A stretch of DNA of 64,000 nt from an uncultured virus (IMG/VR IMGVR_UViG_3300031774_002347) (Duplodnaviria; Heunggongvirae; Uroviricota; Caudoviricetes): IMG/VR virus record IMGVR_UViG_3300031774_002347, one strand, 5' to 3'. The position numbers and the translations under genes were made by a program. A model generated the notes under the pieces. That model searched no databases and was not told the origin of the DNA. It was given only the letters and a program-made list of their open reading frames with translations. Shown here one piece after another: positions 20,571 to 29,491 of the stretch. Each line of letters begins with the position of its first letter. Position 1 is the stretch's first letter.

Positions 20571-20717
20571 ATGAATTATTTCAAAAATATATTCACATCA
20601 ATTTATCTAAAATATTGGATACGATACACTACAGATGGAAAAAAGTACGCCAAAAAGTACAAAGATAAACGAACCAACGAATTAATAGAACTTATAAAAT
20701 CCAAAGGGAATGCATAA
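20571..20717 (+). CDS. Small basic hypothetical protein (48 aa)
   Basis: Below the track cutoff; MNYFKNIFTSIYLKYW...KGNA*; TAATG overlap with thyX. Confidence 0.5.
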   Translation: MNYFKNIFTSIYLKYWIRYTTDGKKYAKKYKDKRTNELIELIKSKGNA

Positions 20718-21421
20718 TGAAGATAAAAGTATTAGACCACATTGGTTACATAGAATTAGTAGATAGTATGGGGGATGATTTAACTCCAGTAAATGCAGCT
20801 CGTGTATCATTTGGTGCAAAGAGTGATAAATTTACGGATAAAGATAGAAAATTATCAAACTATCTGATTAAACACAAACACTTCTCACCATTCAGACATC
20901 AACACATTCAAGTTATTATCAAAGCACCAGAATTTGTAATGAGACAATGGTACAAACATATTGTTGGTATTGAAACCACATCATCAAGTGTTACAAAAGA
21001 CCATGCTTGGAATGAGATAAGTGGTAGATATATGCCAGTAAAAGAATTTTATTATCCACAAGTATGGAGAAAACAGAGTGATGATAATAAACAAGCAAGT
21101 GATGGTGAATTAACAAAGTTCCAATCTAATCAGGCATTACTTAACTATGGTGATTTGATGAGAAAGATGACAGAAACATATGAACATTTTATAAAGATGG
21201 GGATGGCAAAGGAACAAGCTAGAATTGTATTACCACTATCACAATACACATTGGTTTATTGGACAGCATCTTTTCAAAGTGTTATGAACTTCATAGAATT
21301 ACGAGATGAACCTACTTCACAATGGGAAATAAGGGAATATGCTATTGCATTAAAAGAAATGATGATGAAAACATTTCCTGAAACCACTAAGTTGTGGAGT
21401 AAAAATTATTGGGATAAGTAG
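20717..21421 (+). CDS. thyX: Flavin-dependent thymidylate synthase
   Basis: VNAARVSFG, HFSPF, APEFVMRQW, NEISGRY, EQARIVLP, FIELR..QWEIR. Confidence 0.92.
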   Translation: MKIKVLDHIGYIELVDSMGDDLTPVNAARVSFGAKSDKFTDKDRKLSNYLIKHKHFSPFRHQHIQVIIKAPEFVMRQWYKHIVGIETTSSSVTKDHAWNEISGRYMPVKEFYYPQVWRKQSDDNKQASDGELTKFQSNQALLNYGDLMRKMTETYEHFIKMGMAKEQARIVLPLSQYTLVYWTASFQSVMNFIELRDEPTSQWEIREYAIALKEMMMKTFPETTKLWSKNYWDK

Positions 21422-22305
21422 TGAAAGGTTGGATATTTACAACGCAAACTACACCATCTTACGAAACAAAAAGATTAATTGAATGTTTTGATAAAGAGGG
21501 TATAGAGTGTTTTTTTGTACATCCAAATAATGTTGATATATTCATTAGTAAAGATAATAGAAAATCGGTATTAGTAGAGAATGAACATACATCAATACCT
21601 GATTTTGTTATACCAAGAGTTGGAAGTGCAACTACATATTACCAAAAAGCAGTATTCAGACATTTAGAAAGAATGGGTGTATTGTTTGTCAATGGTAGTG
21701 ATGCAATCGATAATGTAAAAGACAAACTTTATACAATGCAAATACTATCACAGAATAATATTCCACATCCAAAAACTATGTTGGTTAAGAATCCAATAGA
21801 TTCAAATTATGTACAGAGAAACATTGGATTTCCTATTGTGGTTAAATCACTAAGTGGTACTCACGGAAAGGGTGTTTATCTTGCAGATAATAAATCAAAC
21901 TTCGAACAATTAGTAGAGATGATGGAACAATTCAATGATAGGTTTAATATCATATTACAAGAATTTGTAAAGGATTCATTCGGTAGAGATTTGAGAATTA
22001 TTGTAGTGGGTGGTAAAGTGATTGGAGCAATGAAACGAGAATCAGTAGATGGAGATTTTAGAGCAAATGTTACACGAGGTGGTGGTGCAAAACCAGTAGA
22101 ACTCGATGAACAAATGGAATATCTTGCATTAGAATCTACAAAACTATTAGGATTAGATATAGGTGGTGTAGATTTATTATATGATGAGGATGGATACAAA
22201 ATATGTGAGGTTAACTCTTCACCTGGTTTTCAAGGTATGGAAAAATATACTGAAATAAGAGTTGCCGAACAGATAGTTACTTATGTAAAGAATAAATTAA
22301 ATTAA
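21421..22305 (+). CDS. rimK: RimK-family ATP-grasp alpha-L-glutamate ligase
   Basis: FPIVVKSLSGTHGKGV, ILQEFV, DLRIIVVG, DFRANV, GVDLL, CEVNSSPGF. Confidence 0.85.
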   Translation: MKGWIFTTQTTPSYETKRLIECFDKEGIECFFVHPNNVDIFISKDNRKSVLVENEHTSIPDFVIPRVGSATTYYQKAVFRHLERMGVLFVNGSDAIDNVKDKLYTMQILSQNNIPHPKTMLVKNPIDSNYVQRNIGFPIVVKSLSGTHGKGVYLADNKSNFEQLVEMMEQFNDRFNIILQEFVKDSFGRDLRIIVVGGKVIGAMKRESVDGDFRANVTRGGGAKPVELDEQMEYLALESTKLLGLDIGGVDLLYDEDGYKICEVNSSPGFQGMEKYTEIRVAEQIVTYVKNKLN

Positions 22306-23600
22306 TGGTTATAGTAAACACTAAAAAAGAGTGGGATGTGTTACAACGAAAAATGAGAACACAACCATTCGTATATCTACAAATGTTATCGGATGTGAAC
22401 AAACATTCTAAACAGAATCGTATATCTTGTTTTTATGTTGGAATGATGACACAGAGTTACATCATACCAGTAAATCATAATGAAAGATTTGGTCGTATTG
22501 AAAGTGTAGAAACCGAAGAAACTATATGTGTTGCAGACATTAAACAACACTATCATAACTCAATGGTTATACGAGATTATACTTCTACAACATTCGGAAC
22601 AATAGATTTAAATTGGTGTCATTATATGAAAACAAATCAACCATATGATTTTGATAAACACTTAACCAATGCACACCACCACAATTACAGATTACATTAC
22701 GATAAAGAAAATGTAAATGATATAGTTCCATTGGTTAAACACGGAGAGTATTTACATAAAATAGCAATTGATTTATTGGATAAGTTAGAAACTGATGGTA
22801 GTATTCCAGCATTACCACATTATCAACAAGATATTTTAAGTGTTTTATCAAAAATAGAGAAGAATGGATTAAAAACCACAAAGGGTATGGTTTATACAGA
22901 ATATAATCCCTATACATCAACAGGTAGACCAAGTAATCGTTTTGGTGGTATGAACTTCGCAGCACTAAATAAAAAAGATGGTAGTAGAAAACAATTCATC
23001 AGTAGATTTGATAAAGGTGTATTGGTGGAGTTTGATTTTGATGCATATCATCCACGATTAATTGGAGAGATGATTGATTATAAATTCCCTAAAGGTTCTG
23101 CACACAAACACTTAGCAGAAACATATGGATTGGGTTATGATGATGGAAAACAATTAACATTCAAGTATTTATATGGTGGTATAACTACCGAAATGAAACA
23201 AAACCCGTTTTTTGGTAGGGTAGATGAGTTTATAAAGGGACTGTGGAGTACTTGGAAATCATCAAAAAGTATTAAATCTGATATTTATAATAGAGAAATA
23301 TATAAGGAAAACCTGCACGATATGAATCCGAACAAATTGTTCAATTATATGATACAATTATCGGAAACCGAAAATAACATTCGTATATTGGATGAATTAC
23401 TACCATTAGATGAAAAATATAATAGTAAAATAGTTCTTTACAATTATGATGCTTTTTTGTTAGATTTCGATGTAAAGGGAGATGGTTTGGAGTATTTGAA
23501 AGAGGTAAAGAAGATATTAGAACAAGGTGGTAAGTATCCAACTAAAGTTGCGATGGGAGATAACTATCACAAGATGCAGGACATAACAGAGAAATTATGA
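22305..23600 (+). CDS. Minimal family-A DNA polymerase-like protein
   Basis: TSTGRPS; motif A EFDFDAYHPR; motif B KQLTFKYLYGG; motif C LYNYDAFLLD; only 431 aa. Confidence 0.8.
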   Translation: MVIVNTKKEWDVLQRKMRTQPFVYLQMLSDVNKHSKQNRISCFYVGMMTQSYIIPVNHNERFGRIESVETEETICVADIKQHYHNSMVIRDYTSTTFGTIDLNWCHYMKTNQPYDFDKHLTNAHHHNYRLHYDKENVNDIVPLVKHGEYLHKIAIDLLDKLETDGSIPALPHYQQDILSVLSKIEKNGLKTTKGMVYTEYNPYTSTGRPSNRFGGMNFAALNKKDGSRKQFISRFDKGVLVEFDFDAYHPRLIGEMIDYKFPKGSAHKHLAETYGLGYDDGKQLTFKYLYGGITTEMKQNPFFGRVDEFIKGLWSTWKSSKSIKSDIYNREIYKENLHDMNPNKLFNYMIQLSETENNIRILDELLPLDEKYNSKIVLYNYDAFLLDFDVKGDGLEYLKEVKKILEQGGKYPTKVAMGDNYHKMQDITEKL

Positions 23601-25465
23601 ACACAGACTTCGATAAAATATTAAATGAGTTAAGTTATAGAGTTAAGGATGGTACGCCAGATTTAACTAAAGAACAACACTTAATGAAGTTGTATGATGT
23701 GTTGAAAGAACACGATTGGCCAATTGAATCTCGAGTCCATTTAATCAAGAACCTTACTGAAGTTGGAAAAGTTTATTATACAGGTAATCCACCAGAGAAT
23801 GCTAAAGTTCAAGTTGGACCTCGTGGTGGTAAATATTATATGGGTAATCCTAAAACAGGTGAACCTGCAAAAACAGATACTAAAGAAAAACCTAAAGTTA
23901 AAGGTGACCACGAATCGAAACAAAAACATATATCAAGTGGTTTTGTAAAGGGTGCTGCACCAGGTAATGCTGGTTCTATGTATAACGAGATTATGAGTGG
24001 AGAGGTTTCTGATTTATTACAAGATAATTCTGATGCAACAGAAGAAGATTTGGTAAAAAGTATTTTAGATAAATATGGTGATTCTAATTTAGCAAAACAG
24101 AACTCAAGTGGTAAAATGGCAGGTGGTCTAAAAACAAGTGAGTTACCAGAAAATTTACCAAAAGAAGAAAGAGAACTATATACCAAGACATTGATTGCAG
24201 TTAGAAGTGGTAAAAGAAAACATCAACGGTCACAAAGTGCTGTAAAAGATTTAGGTTGGGAAAATTCACAAACAACAGAATATTTTGGTGATTCAGTTGG
24301 ATTAAAAAAACAAGAAGAAGATATTAAATCTGCATCAAAGGTAGTTGATTTAGATGGTAATGAAATACCAAAAGACGAAATAATAGAATTAATTAGAGCT
24401 GGTGGGGGTGGAGATAATCCATCAGATACTGCAACTATTATTAAGAATGATAAAGGTGATGCAACCATACTATTCACATCCGATAAAGATTCAACCAACG
24501 CAATTATAGCCCAATCATCTACAAAAGCTGAATCCACACAAACAGATGATGCAATTTTACAATTAGGTGATGATGGGAAGTTATCATCAGAGGAATCTGA
24601 GGCAGTTGCTGGTGAGAGAAGAAATTATGCTGAGGGTTTAAAAGAAACAGAAACTAAATTAAAGAGTGTAACTAATGAACCAGCTAATTATCTTAAAGAT
24701 AATTTTGATGATAAGGTTGTTGATTCTATGATTAACTCATCTAAAGGTGCAAATCCAAGAAAATATTTTGATGCTGAAAAGAAAAAATTTAGTAGTGATT
24801 CAAAGATTCCAAAAACAGATAAAAAATATTCAGATTTCTTACCAAAAGGTTCTGATACACCACCAACAGATAAGCAGATTACAGAAGCTCTTTTAAATTA
24901 TTCTACATCGGGTGTAAAAGAATTAACAGGCCCACAACAAAAAATGATTGGTAAAGCAAATGATGAAAATGGTGGTCCAAGTGTTGCAGATTCGGTAGAA
25001 AATATTAGAAAAGAATCTATAGAATTACTTGATAAACAAATATCAGACCTTGACCAAATAGAAGTTGATGGTGTAGGTGTAGGAACTTATATTGAGGGAA
25101 ATAATATTTGGAAACAAGGACATATGGATGCAATAGGTGGTAAAAAGGGTGTACATAAACATAGAGGTATGTTTGAAACAAATCATGCAGGTGCGGTCTT
25201 AGATGGTAATGTTATGAAAAAAGCATTGGGTGTTGAATCAAAAGAAGATTTTATAAAGAAATTAAAAGTTAAAAAAACTCAAGTACAATTATCAAAAGAG
25301 GATAGAGTTACAGGTTCGACAGGATTAGCTTATATGATGATTGGTGATAAAGAAGTTCCAATTATGGAAAAAAGACAAAGAACAAAAGATGGCCCACTTG
25401 GAAAATTACAGACTGTATATAAATGGACACCAGAGTTTCAAAAATTGATAAAGGATAATCAATAA
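23597..25465 (+). CDS. Large charged hypothetical protein
   Basis: 622 aa; GPRGGKYY motif; no recognisable catalytic motif. Confidence 0.55.
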   Translation: MNTDFDKILNELSYRVKDGTPDLTKEQHLMKLYDVLKEHDWPIESRVHLIKNLTEVGKVYYTGNPPENAKVQVGPRGGKYYMGNPKTGEPAKTDTKEKPKVKGDHESKQKHISSGFVKGAAPGNAGSMYNEIMSGEVSDLLQDNSDATEEDLVKSILDKYGDSNLAKQNSSGKMAGGLKTSELPENLPKEERELYTKTLIAVRSGKRKHQRSQSAVKDLGWENSQTTEYFGDSVGLKKQEEDIKSASKVVDLDGNEIPKDEIIELIRAGGGGDNPSDTATIIKNDKGDATILFTSDKDSTNAIIAQSSTKAESTQTDDAILQLGDDGKLSSEESEAVAGERRNYAEGLKETETKLKSVTNEPANYLKDNFDDKVVDSMINSSKGANPRKYFDAEKKKFSSDSKIPKTDKKYSDFLPKGSDTPPTDKQITEALLNYSTSGVKELTGPQQKMIGKANDENGGPSVADSVENIRKESIELLDKQISDLDQIEVDGVGVGTYIEGNNIWKQGHMDAIGGKKGVHKHRGMFETNHAGAVLDGNVMKKALGVESKEDFIKKLKVKKTQVQLSKEDRVTGSTGLAYMMIGDKEVPIMEKRQRTKDGPLGKLQTVYKWTPEFQKLIKDNQ

Positions 25466-25872
25466 TGAGAACTCAATTACTATGCACATTCACTCGTTTA
25501 TCGAGATTAAATGAAACACTTAGTGTTATTATGGAGTGTAATGATATACTCTATGATAAGATTTATATATTTCAGAATATGGATGATACCACACAATTGA
25601 TTTGTACTTATAATGTAGAGTTTATTGATAACTATGAAGAGAATATAGAGAATACTATTTCACTACATAGAAAGAAACAAAGTAATACACTATATACTAT
25701 TAACGCTTTGAATGAAGTTATAAGAGCAAAGAATAAAGGAATCTTAGATAAGAGATTTAATGTTGATTGGAGTGAGTATCAGAACACTTTACTACTAACC
25801 AACGAAACTGGTTTAAATATAATACCTACAAAAATACATCAAATCGTAAATGTAAAGGAATGGGACACATAA
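25465..25872 (+). CDS. Conserved hypothetical phage protein
   Basis: 135 aa; TISLHRKKQSNTLYTINALN; coupled to the upstream gene. Confidence 0.6.
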   Translation: MRTQLLCTFTRLSRLNETLSVIMECNDILYDKIYIFQNMDDTTQLICTYNVEFIDNYEENIENTISLHRKKQSNTLYTINALNEVIRAKNKGILDKRFNVDWSEYQNTLLLTNETGLNIIPTKIHQIVNVKEWDT

Positions 25873-25933
25873 TGTTACAGGCTGTAACATTTTGTTAGTA
25901 TCAAAATAATACACTACAATTTTTAATACTTAT

Positions 25934-25959
25934 AACCACTTTAATCGAGTGGTTTTTTT
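25934..25959 (+). terminator. Intrinsic terminator
   Basis: AACCACT-loop-AGTGGTT followed by a T-run. Confidence 0.7.
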
Positions 25960-26027
25960 GTGCCTATAACTTCCACAATATCTACACTTAAAAATAAATT
26001 AAATTATTTTTCAAAAAAGGGCCACTT

Positions 26028-26043
26028 TGGTACACTTCTTGTA
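26028..26043 (+). promoter_or_regulatory. Sigma54-like (-24/-12) promoter of the pilin cassette
   Basis: TGGTAC-N5-TTGT versus consensus TGGCAC-N5-TTGC; correct spacing, two mismatches. Confidence 0.4.
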
Positions 26044-26107
26044 CTATAAGCTATAGAAGATGTAATCATAAGGATGAAATCTCAAACTAAACAAAAGGAG
26101 AACGAAG

Positions 26108-26755
26108 ATGTTCAAAAACCTTATTAAAAGATTGAAGAGTAGGAGAGGAAACTCACTTGCTGAATTCGCAGTAACCACAGCTATGATGGCAACACTTGCT
26201 ACAACCGCTGCTCCAAAATTTGGACAAGTTGGTGCAGGAGCTAAAGAAAAGAAAACAATGAATAATATTGATAAAATCTTGACTGTGGCTAACAATTTTT
26301 ATAATCAAACATTATCTGAAGAGGGTAAAGGTAGATTCCCAGGTCAAGAAAAGTATGATGTCGCTGTTGGTGGTATCACTCTTGCTGAAGGTGCACAAAC
26401 TGATGAAACTCTTGAGGCTTATGTTGAAACTATCCTTGATTCGAAAAATTCTTATACATCAGAGTTGGGTGAGTTCGTATATGTATTCTCACCAACAAGT
26501 GATGATGATGATGCACTTCAAGGGGATTGGATGAGTTTAGAGACATCAGTTGGATATGATGCTGGTGATGAAATTGGTGCTCTTGATTTCAAACAAGACT
26601 TTGGTAACAATGGTATGACAAGTCCATTTCAGGATGGTTCATACGCTTATTTAGTAATACCTGGTAGTGGAAGTGGTACATCTGCACAAGCACCAGTTGT
26701 AGTGGTAATAGATACTGAAAATCCATCTAAACTACACAAAACTTTAGTACCTTAA
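26108..26755 (+). CDS. Type IV pilin/pseudopilin-like protein with atypical N-terminus
   Basis: Basic leader KRLKSRRG|NSLAEFAVTTAMMATLATTAAPKF: Gly-1, Glu+5, Pro+22; SD AAGGAG. Confidence 0.7.
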   Translation: MFKNLIKRLKSRRGNSLAEFAVTTAMMATLATTAAPKFGQVGAGAKEKKTMNNIDKILTVANNFYNQTLSEEGKGRFPGQEKYDVAVGGITLAEGAQTDETLEAYVETILDSKNSYTSELGEFVYVFSPTSDDDDALQGDWMSLETSVGYDAGDEIGALDFKQDFGNNGMTSPFQDGSYAYLVIPGSGSGTSAQAPVVVVIDTENPSKLHKTLVP

Positions 26756-26789
26756 ATCGTAAACACATAGTCCTGAAAGGAAAATAAAA

Positions 26790-27230
26790 ATGAAGAACAT
26801 AATCAAAAACACAAGTAAAGGATTCACATTGATTGAATTAGTAATGGTAACAATCATATTGGGAATCTTAGCAGCAGTTGCTATTCCAAGATATCAACAG
26901 ACAGTTGATAATGCAGAAGCAACCGCTGAAAAGGCATTTGTCGATATGGTGTGGGCAGGTTGTGAACAAGAGGCTTCTGAAAGATTGACTGAGTTTGGTC
27001 TTGAAGCATGGCCTTATAATCCGTTAACTACTATTGGTAGAAGTCGTAACTTATCAGTTACATTGTTTGAGGGAATACCTGATGAAGATAACGAGTGGCA
27101 GTTTAGTATAGATGCAGTTGGTGAACCAGCAATATTTCATCACAGAAGAAATGATGAAATCTATTACTACAAATACGATTCAACAACATTTGAATTGGAT
27201 GAACTACCTACTCTATACACCAATGAGTAA
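26790..27230 (+). CDS. Type IV pilin (class III signal peptide)
   Basis: Canonical SKG|FTLIELVMVTIILGILAAVAIPRY. Confidence 0.9.
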   Translation: MKNIIKNTSKGFTLIELVMVTIILGILAAVAIPRYQQTVDNAEATAEKAFVDMVWAGCEQEASERLTEFGLEAWPYNPLTTIGRSRNLSVTLFEGIPDEDNEWQFSIDAVGEPAIFHHRRNDEIYYYKYDSTTFELDELPTLYTNE

Positions 27231-27648
27231 CTTAGAAAACAAGATAGAATTGGGCCTCATCACAGCTATTATAGTTGTGGTGGGGTTTATTCTCTTTTCA
27301 CCAGATATAGAAGATGAAAGTTTTGTAGAACCAGAAATGGAAAGTTTTTATGAGTATCCAGTCCAAGCTTGGCGTGATACTGATAAGGGTGGTGATGTTG
27401 TAAAAGTACGATACTTAGTTGATAGAATGAAAACTAAATTGTATATGGTTGATAAGTACGGAGAAGTAGTGCATAAACAACCAATATCATTAAGTCCATA
27501 TGGTGATGGTAGAGAACGAATAGAAACATATGTATGGAAGTTATATCGTACAGAATGGACAGATAGAATTGGTGCTGGTGAATATGCAATAATCGTTGGT
27601 ACTGATTATGATAGAAGAGGGAAAACAATTGAAATCGATATTGATTAA
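27223..27648 (+). CDS. Membrane-anchored protein with FlgD/Ig-like beta domain
   Basis: N-terminal TM (LGLITAIIVVVGFILF); YVWK...IGAGEYAIIV; ATG overlaps the pilin 3' end. Confidence 0.5.
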   Translation: MSNLENKIELGLITAIIVVVGFILFSPDIEDESFVEPEMESFYEYPVQAWRDTDKGGDVVKVRYLVDRMKTKLYMVDKYGEVVHKQPISLSPYGDGRERIETYVWKLYRTEWTDRIGAGEYAIIVGTDYDRRGKTIEIDID

Positions 27649-28021
27649 AATTTTAAAATACTTTATAATAATATTCTTCACATTACAAGTAGCAAGAGGT
27701 GAGGAAGATTCCTTAGATGTAGATTTAGATTTGGAAAACTTATGGGAAACACACATATGGGAAGAAATAGAAGATGTTGTTGATGTTTATTACGAAGTGG
27801 AACAAGTCACTGCTGTTGCTGGTGTTCGAGGTGCAGAAGCAGAAGATGAAGCATTACATCATTTATATTACAGAAAATCTATGAGAGGGATTGCATTAAT
27901 AGATTTACAAAAAGCATACGGAAAGTTACATAATAAATTAGAAACTATAAAAGACCCACAAGAATTAAAGAAAGTTAATTCATATCTTAATTATTTAAGA
28001 AATAAAATACAAAACTCATAA
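27629..28021 (+). CDS. Exported acidic protein
   Basis: Probable TTG start; signal-peptide-like KSILIKILKYFIIIFFTLQVARG|EED; TAVAGVRG motif. Confidence 0.5.
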   Translation: MKSILIKILKYFIIIFFTLQVARGEEDSLDVDLDLENLWETHIWEEIEDVVDVYYEVEQVTAVAGVRGAEAEDEALHHLYYRKSMRGIALIDLQKAYGKLHNKLETIKDPQELKKVNSYLNYLRNKIQNS

Positions 28022-28108
28022 TATAAAATTGTAGTATTATATTTATAGTTGATTCGAAGAGAATCGAGTGTTAACATAATCCTTTAATCCTAAACACGGA
28101 GATAACAA

Positions 28109-28477
28109 ATGAAGCGACTCTTTTGTTTACTCTTATTACAATTACCTTTATATGCTCAATTAACCGAGATAGACCTTGAAGTCCAAGAGGATTGGAATAG
28201 GCAGAATAATAATTCTGAAATCCCACAACCTATTAGGCCATTTGAATTATATGAGTTTGACCTCCCACCAAGTATAATAAAACCAGTTGGAAAAGTGGAA
28301 GTTGAATTTGAAATAAATGAGAATGGTGAAGTAGAAAATCCAATCGTAATAGACACATTTAATGTTGAGTTAAATGAAGTAGTAATTGATAAAGTAAAAC
28401 AAACCAAGTACAAACCTGCAACACAAAATGGTAGACCAGTAAAAGTAAGATTCAAACTTCCAATAATTTTTCAGTAG
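28109..28477 (+). CDS. Exported TonB C-terminal domain protein
   Basis: Signal peptide, then GKVEVEFEINENGEVENP...YKPATQNGRPVKVRFKLPIIF. Confidence 0.85.
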   Translation: MKRLFCLLLLQLPLYAQLTEIDLEVQEDWNRQNNNSEIPQPIRPFELYEFDLPPSIIKPVGKVEVEFEINENGEVENPIVIDTFNVELNEVVIDKVKQTKYKPATQNGRPVKVRFKLPIIFQ

Positions 28478-28484
28478 GGGGCAC

Positions 28485-28518
28485 AAAAAAAGGGGAACTA
28501 AACATTCCCCTTTTTTAT
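28485..28518. terminator. Bidirectional intrinsic terminator
   Basis: AAAAAAAGGGGAA-loop-TTCCCCTTTTTTT between convergent genes. Confidence 0.8.
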
Positions 28519-28528
28519 TTATTGAAGA

Positions 28529-28723
28529 TTACTTACTTCCAAAGATTTTAGAAAAGAACCCTTTTTTAGATTTCTTACCTTTACTTCCACCAAGTTTCTT
28601 TTTCTTCTTTTTCTTCTTCTTGACTTCTTCCATATTATCCATTTTCATATCCATAGCATTCACTTGCGGAACTGCTCCAAAGAAAATAAATAAAGAAAGT
28701 ATACCAGTTAGTATTGTTTTCAT
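28529..28723 (-). CDS. Small secreted Lys-rich peptide
   Basis: Signal peptide MKTILTGILSLFIFFGAVPQVNA, then poly-Lys and KKGFFSKIFGSK; SD AGGAG. Confidence 0.6.
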   Translation of the reverse strand: MKTILTGILSLFIFFGAVPQVNAMDMKMDNMEEVKKKKKKKKKLGGSKGKKSKKGFFSKIFGSK

Positions 28724-28884
28724 ACTAAACTCCTGAGATAACGCGTTGAAATTAACTCATAATCGGTTAATTAACAATAAATATCAACTTTTTTTACTTT
28801 TTTTGAAAAAAAAATGTATTTTGGGAATTTATATACATATATATTAATGTATCAAGATTGAGATACAAAGTTTTTTGACAATTT

Positions 28885-29298
28885 AGAATTTTGTGAAAGT
28901 ATTGAGAGTAATTATCTCAATATGGGATTGACCGAATAATGGGTGCTACTTAGAAGCCCATAAGGTAATCTACCAAATGTTGTGGTGACAGGAACTCTGC
29001 TAAATGTTGTAGAGGTGTAACGGTCCTTATAGACATATAATTTGGAATGTACTTTTAGAAAAAACAAGAGCGATTCTTGGACTTCATTGTGGGTAAGGGT
29101 AAAACTGAAATCCCACTTAATGGCTGAATTAATCTATACTCAGAGAGATAAAGCAATGACATAGAGGTTGTACTCGATTCTACGATGATTAACCATCATT
29201 TAAGAATAACTATCGTAACTGGTAGATGTTAGGTATGAAGTAATAAAATCTGAGCTAAAAGTTGTAGGTAATCGCAAATCCTACATCCCCCAAATTCT
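28885..29298 (+). ncRNA. Candidate large structured non-coding RNA (~415 nt)
   Basis: Largest gap in the ORF track; many nested helices plus a crossing helix; promoter motif upstream and terminator downstream. Confidence 0.65.
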
Positions 29299-29304
29299 TT
29301 AATT

Positions 29305-29377
29305 AAAAAAAGGTTCAACCGAAATTTTAGTTTCCACTTATAAATAAACTTAAAATATCGACCGAACCTTTTTTTTT
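29305..29377 (+). terminator. Long hairpin terminator ending the candidate ncRNA
   Basis: AAAAAAAGGTTC...GAACCTTTTTTTTT. Confidence 0.65.
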
Positions 29378-29491
29378 GCAAAAAACTAAAATAAATTACA
29401 TTTTAACTATCTTAATTGATATATATTATTGTATCAAGGTTACACTTGATTAACAAATGAAAAATGAACATAAACAAATGGAGAATATGAA

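Noticed and set aside
28885..29298. tmRNA, RNase P RNA, tRNA array or group I intron as the identity of the structured region
   Set aside because: No tRNA-like T-arm or acceptor ends, no RNase P GAGGAAAGUCC-type P4 motif, and no interrupted host gene seen
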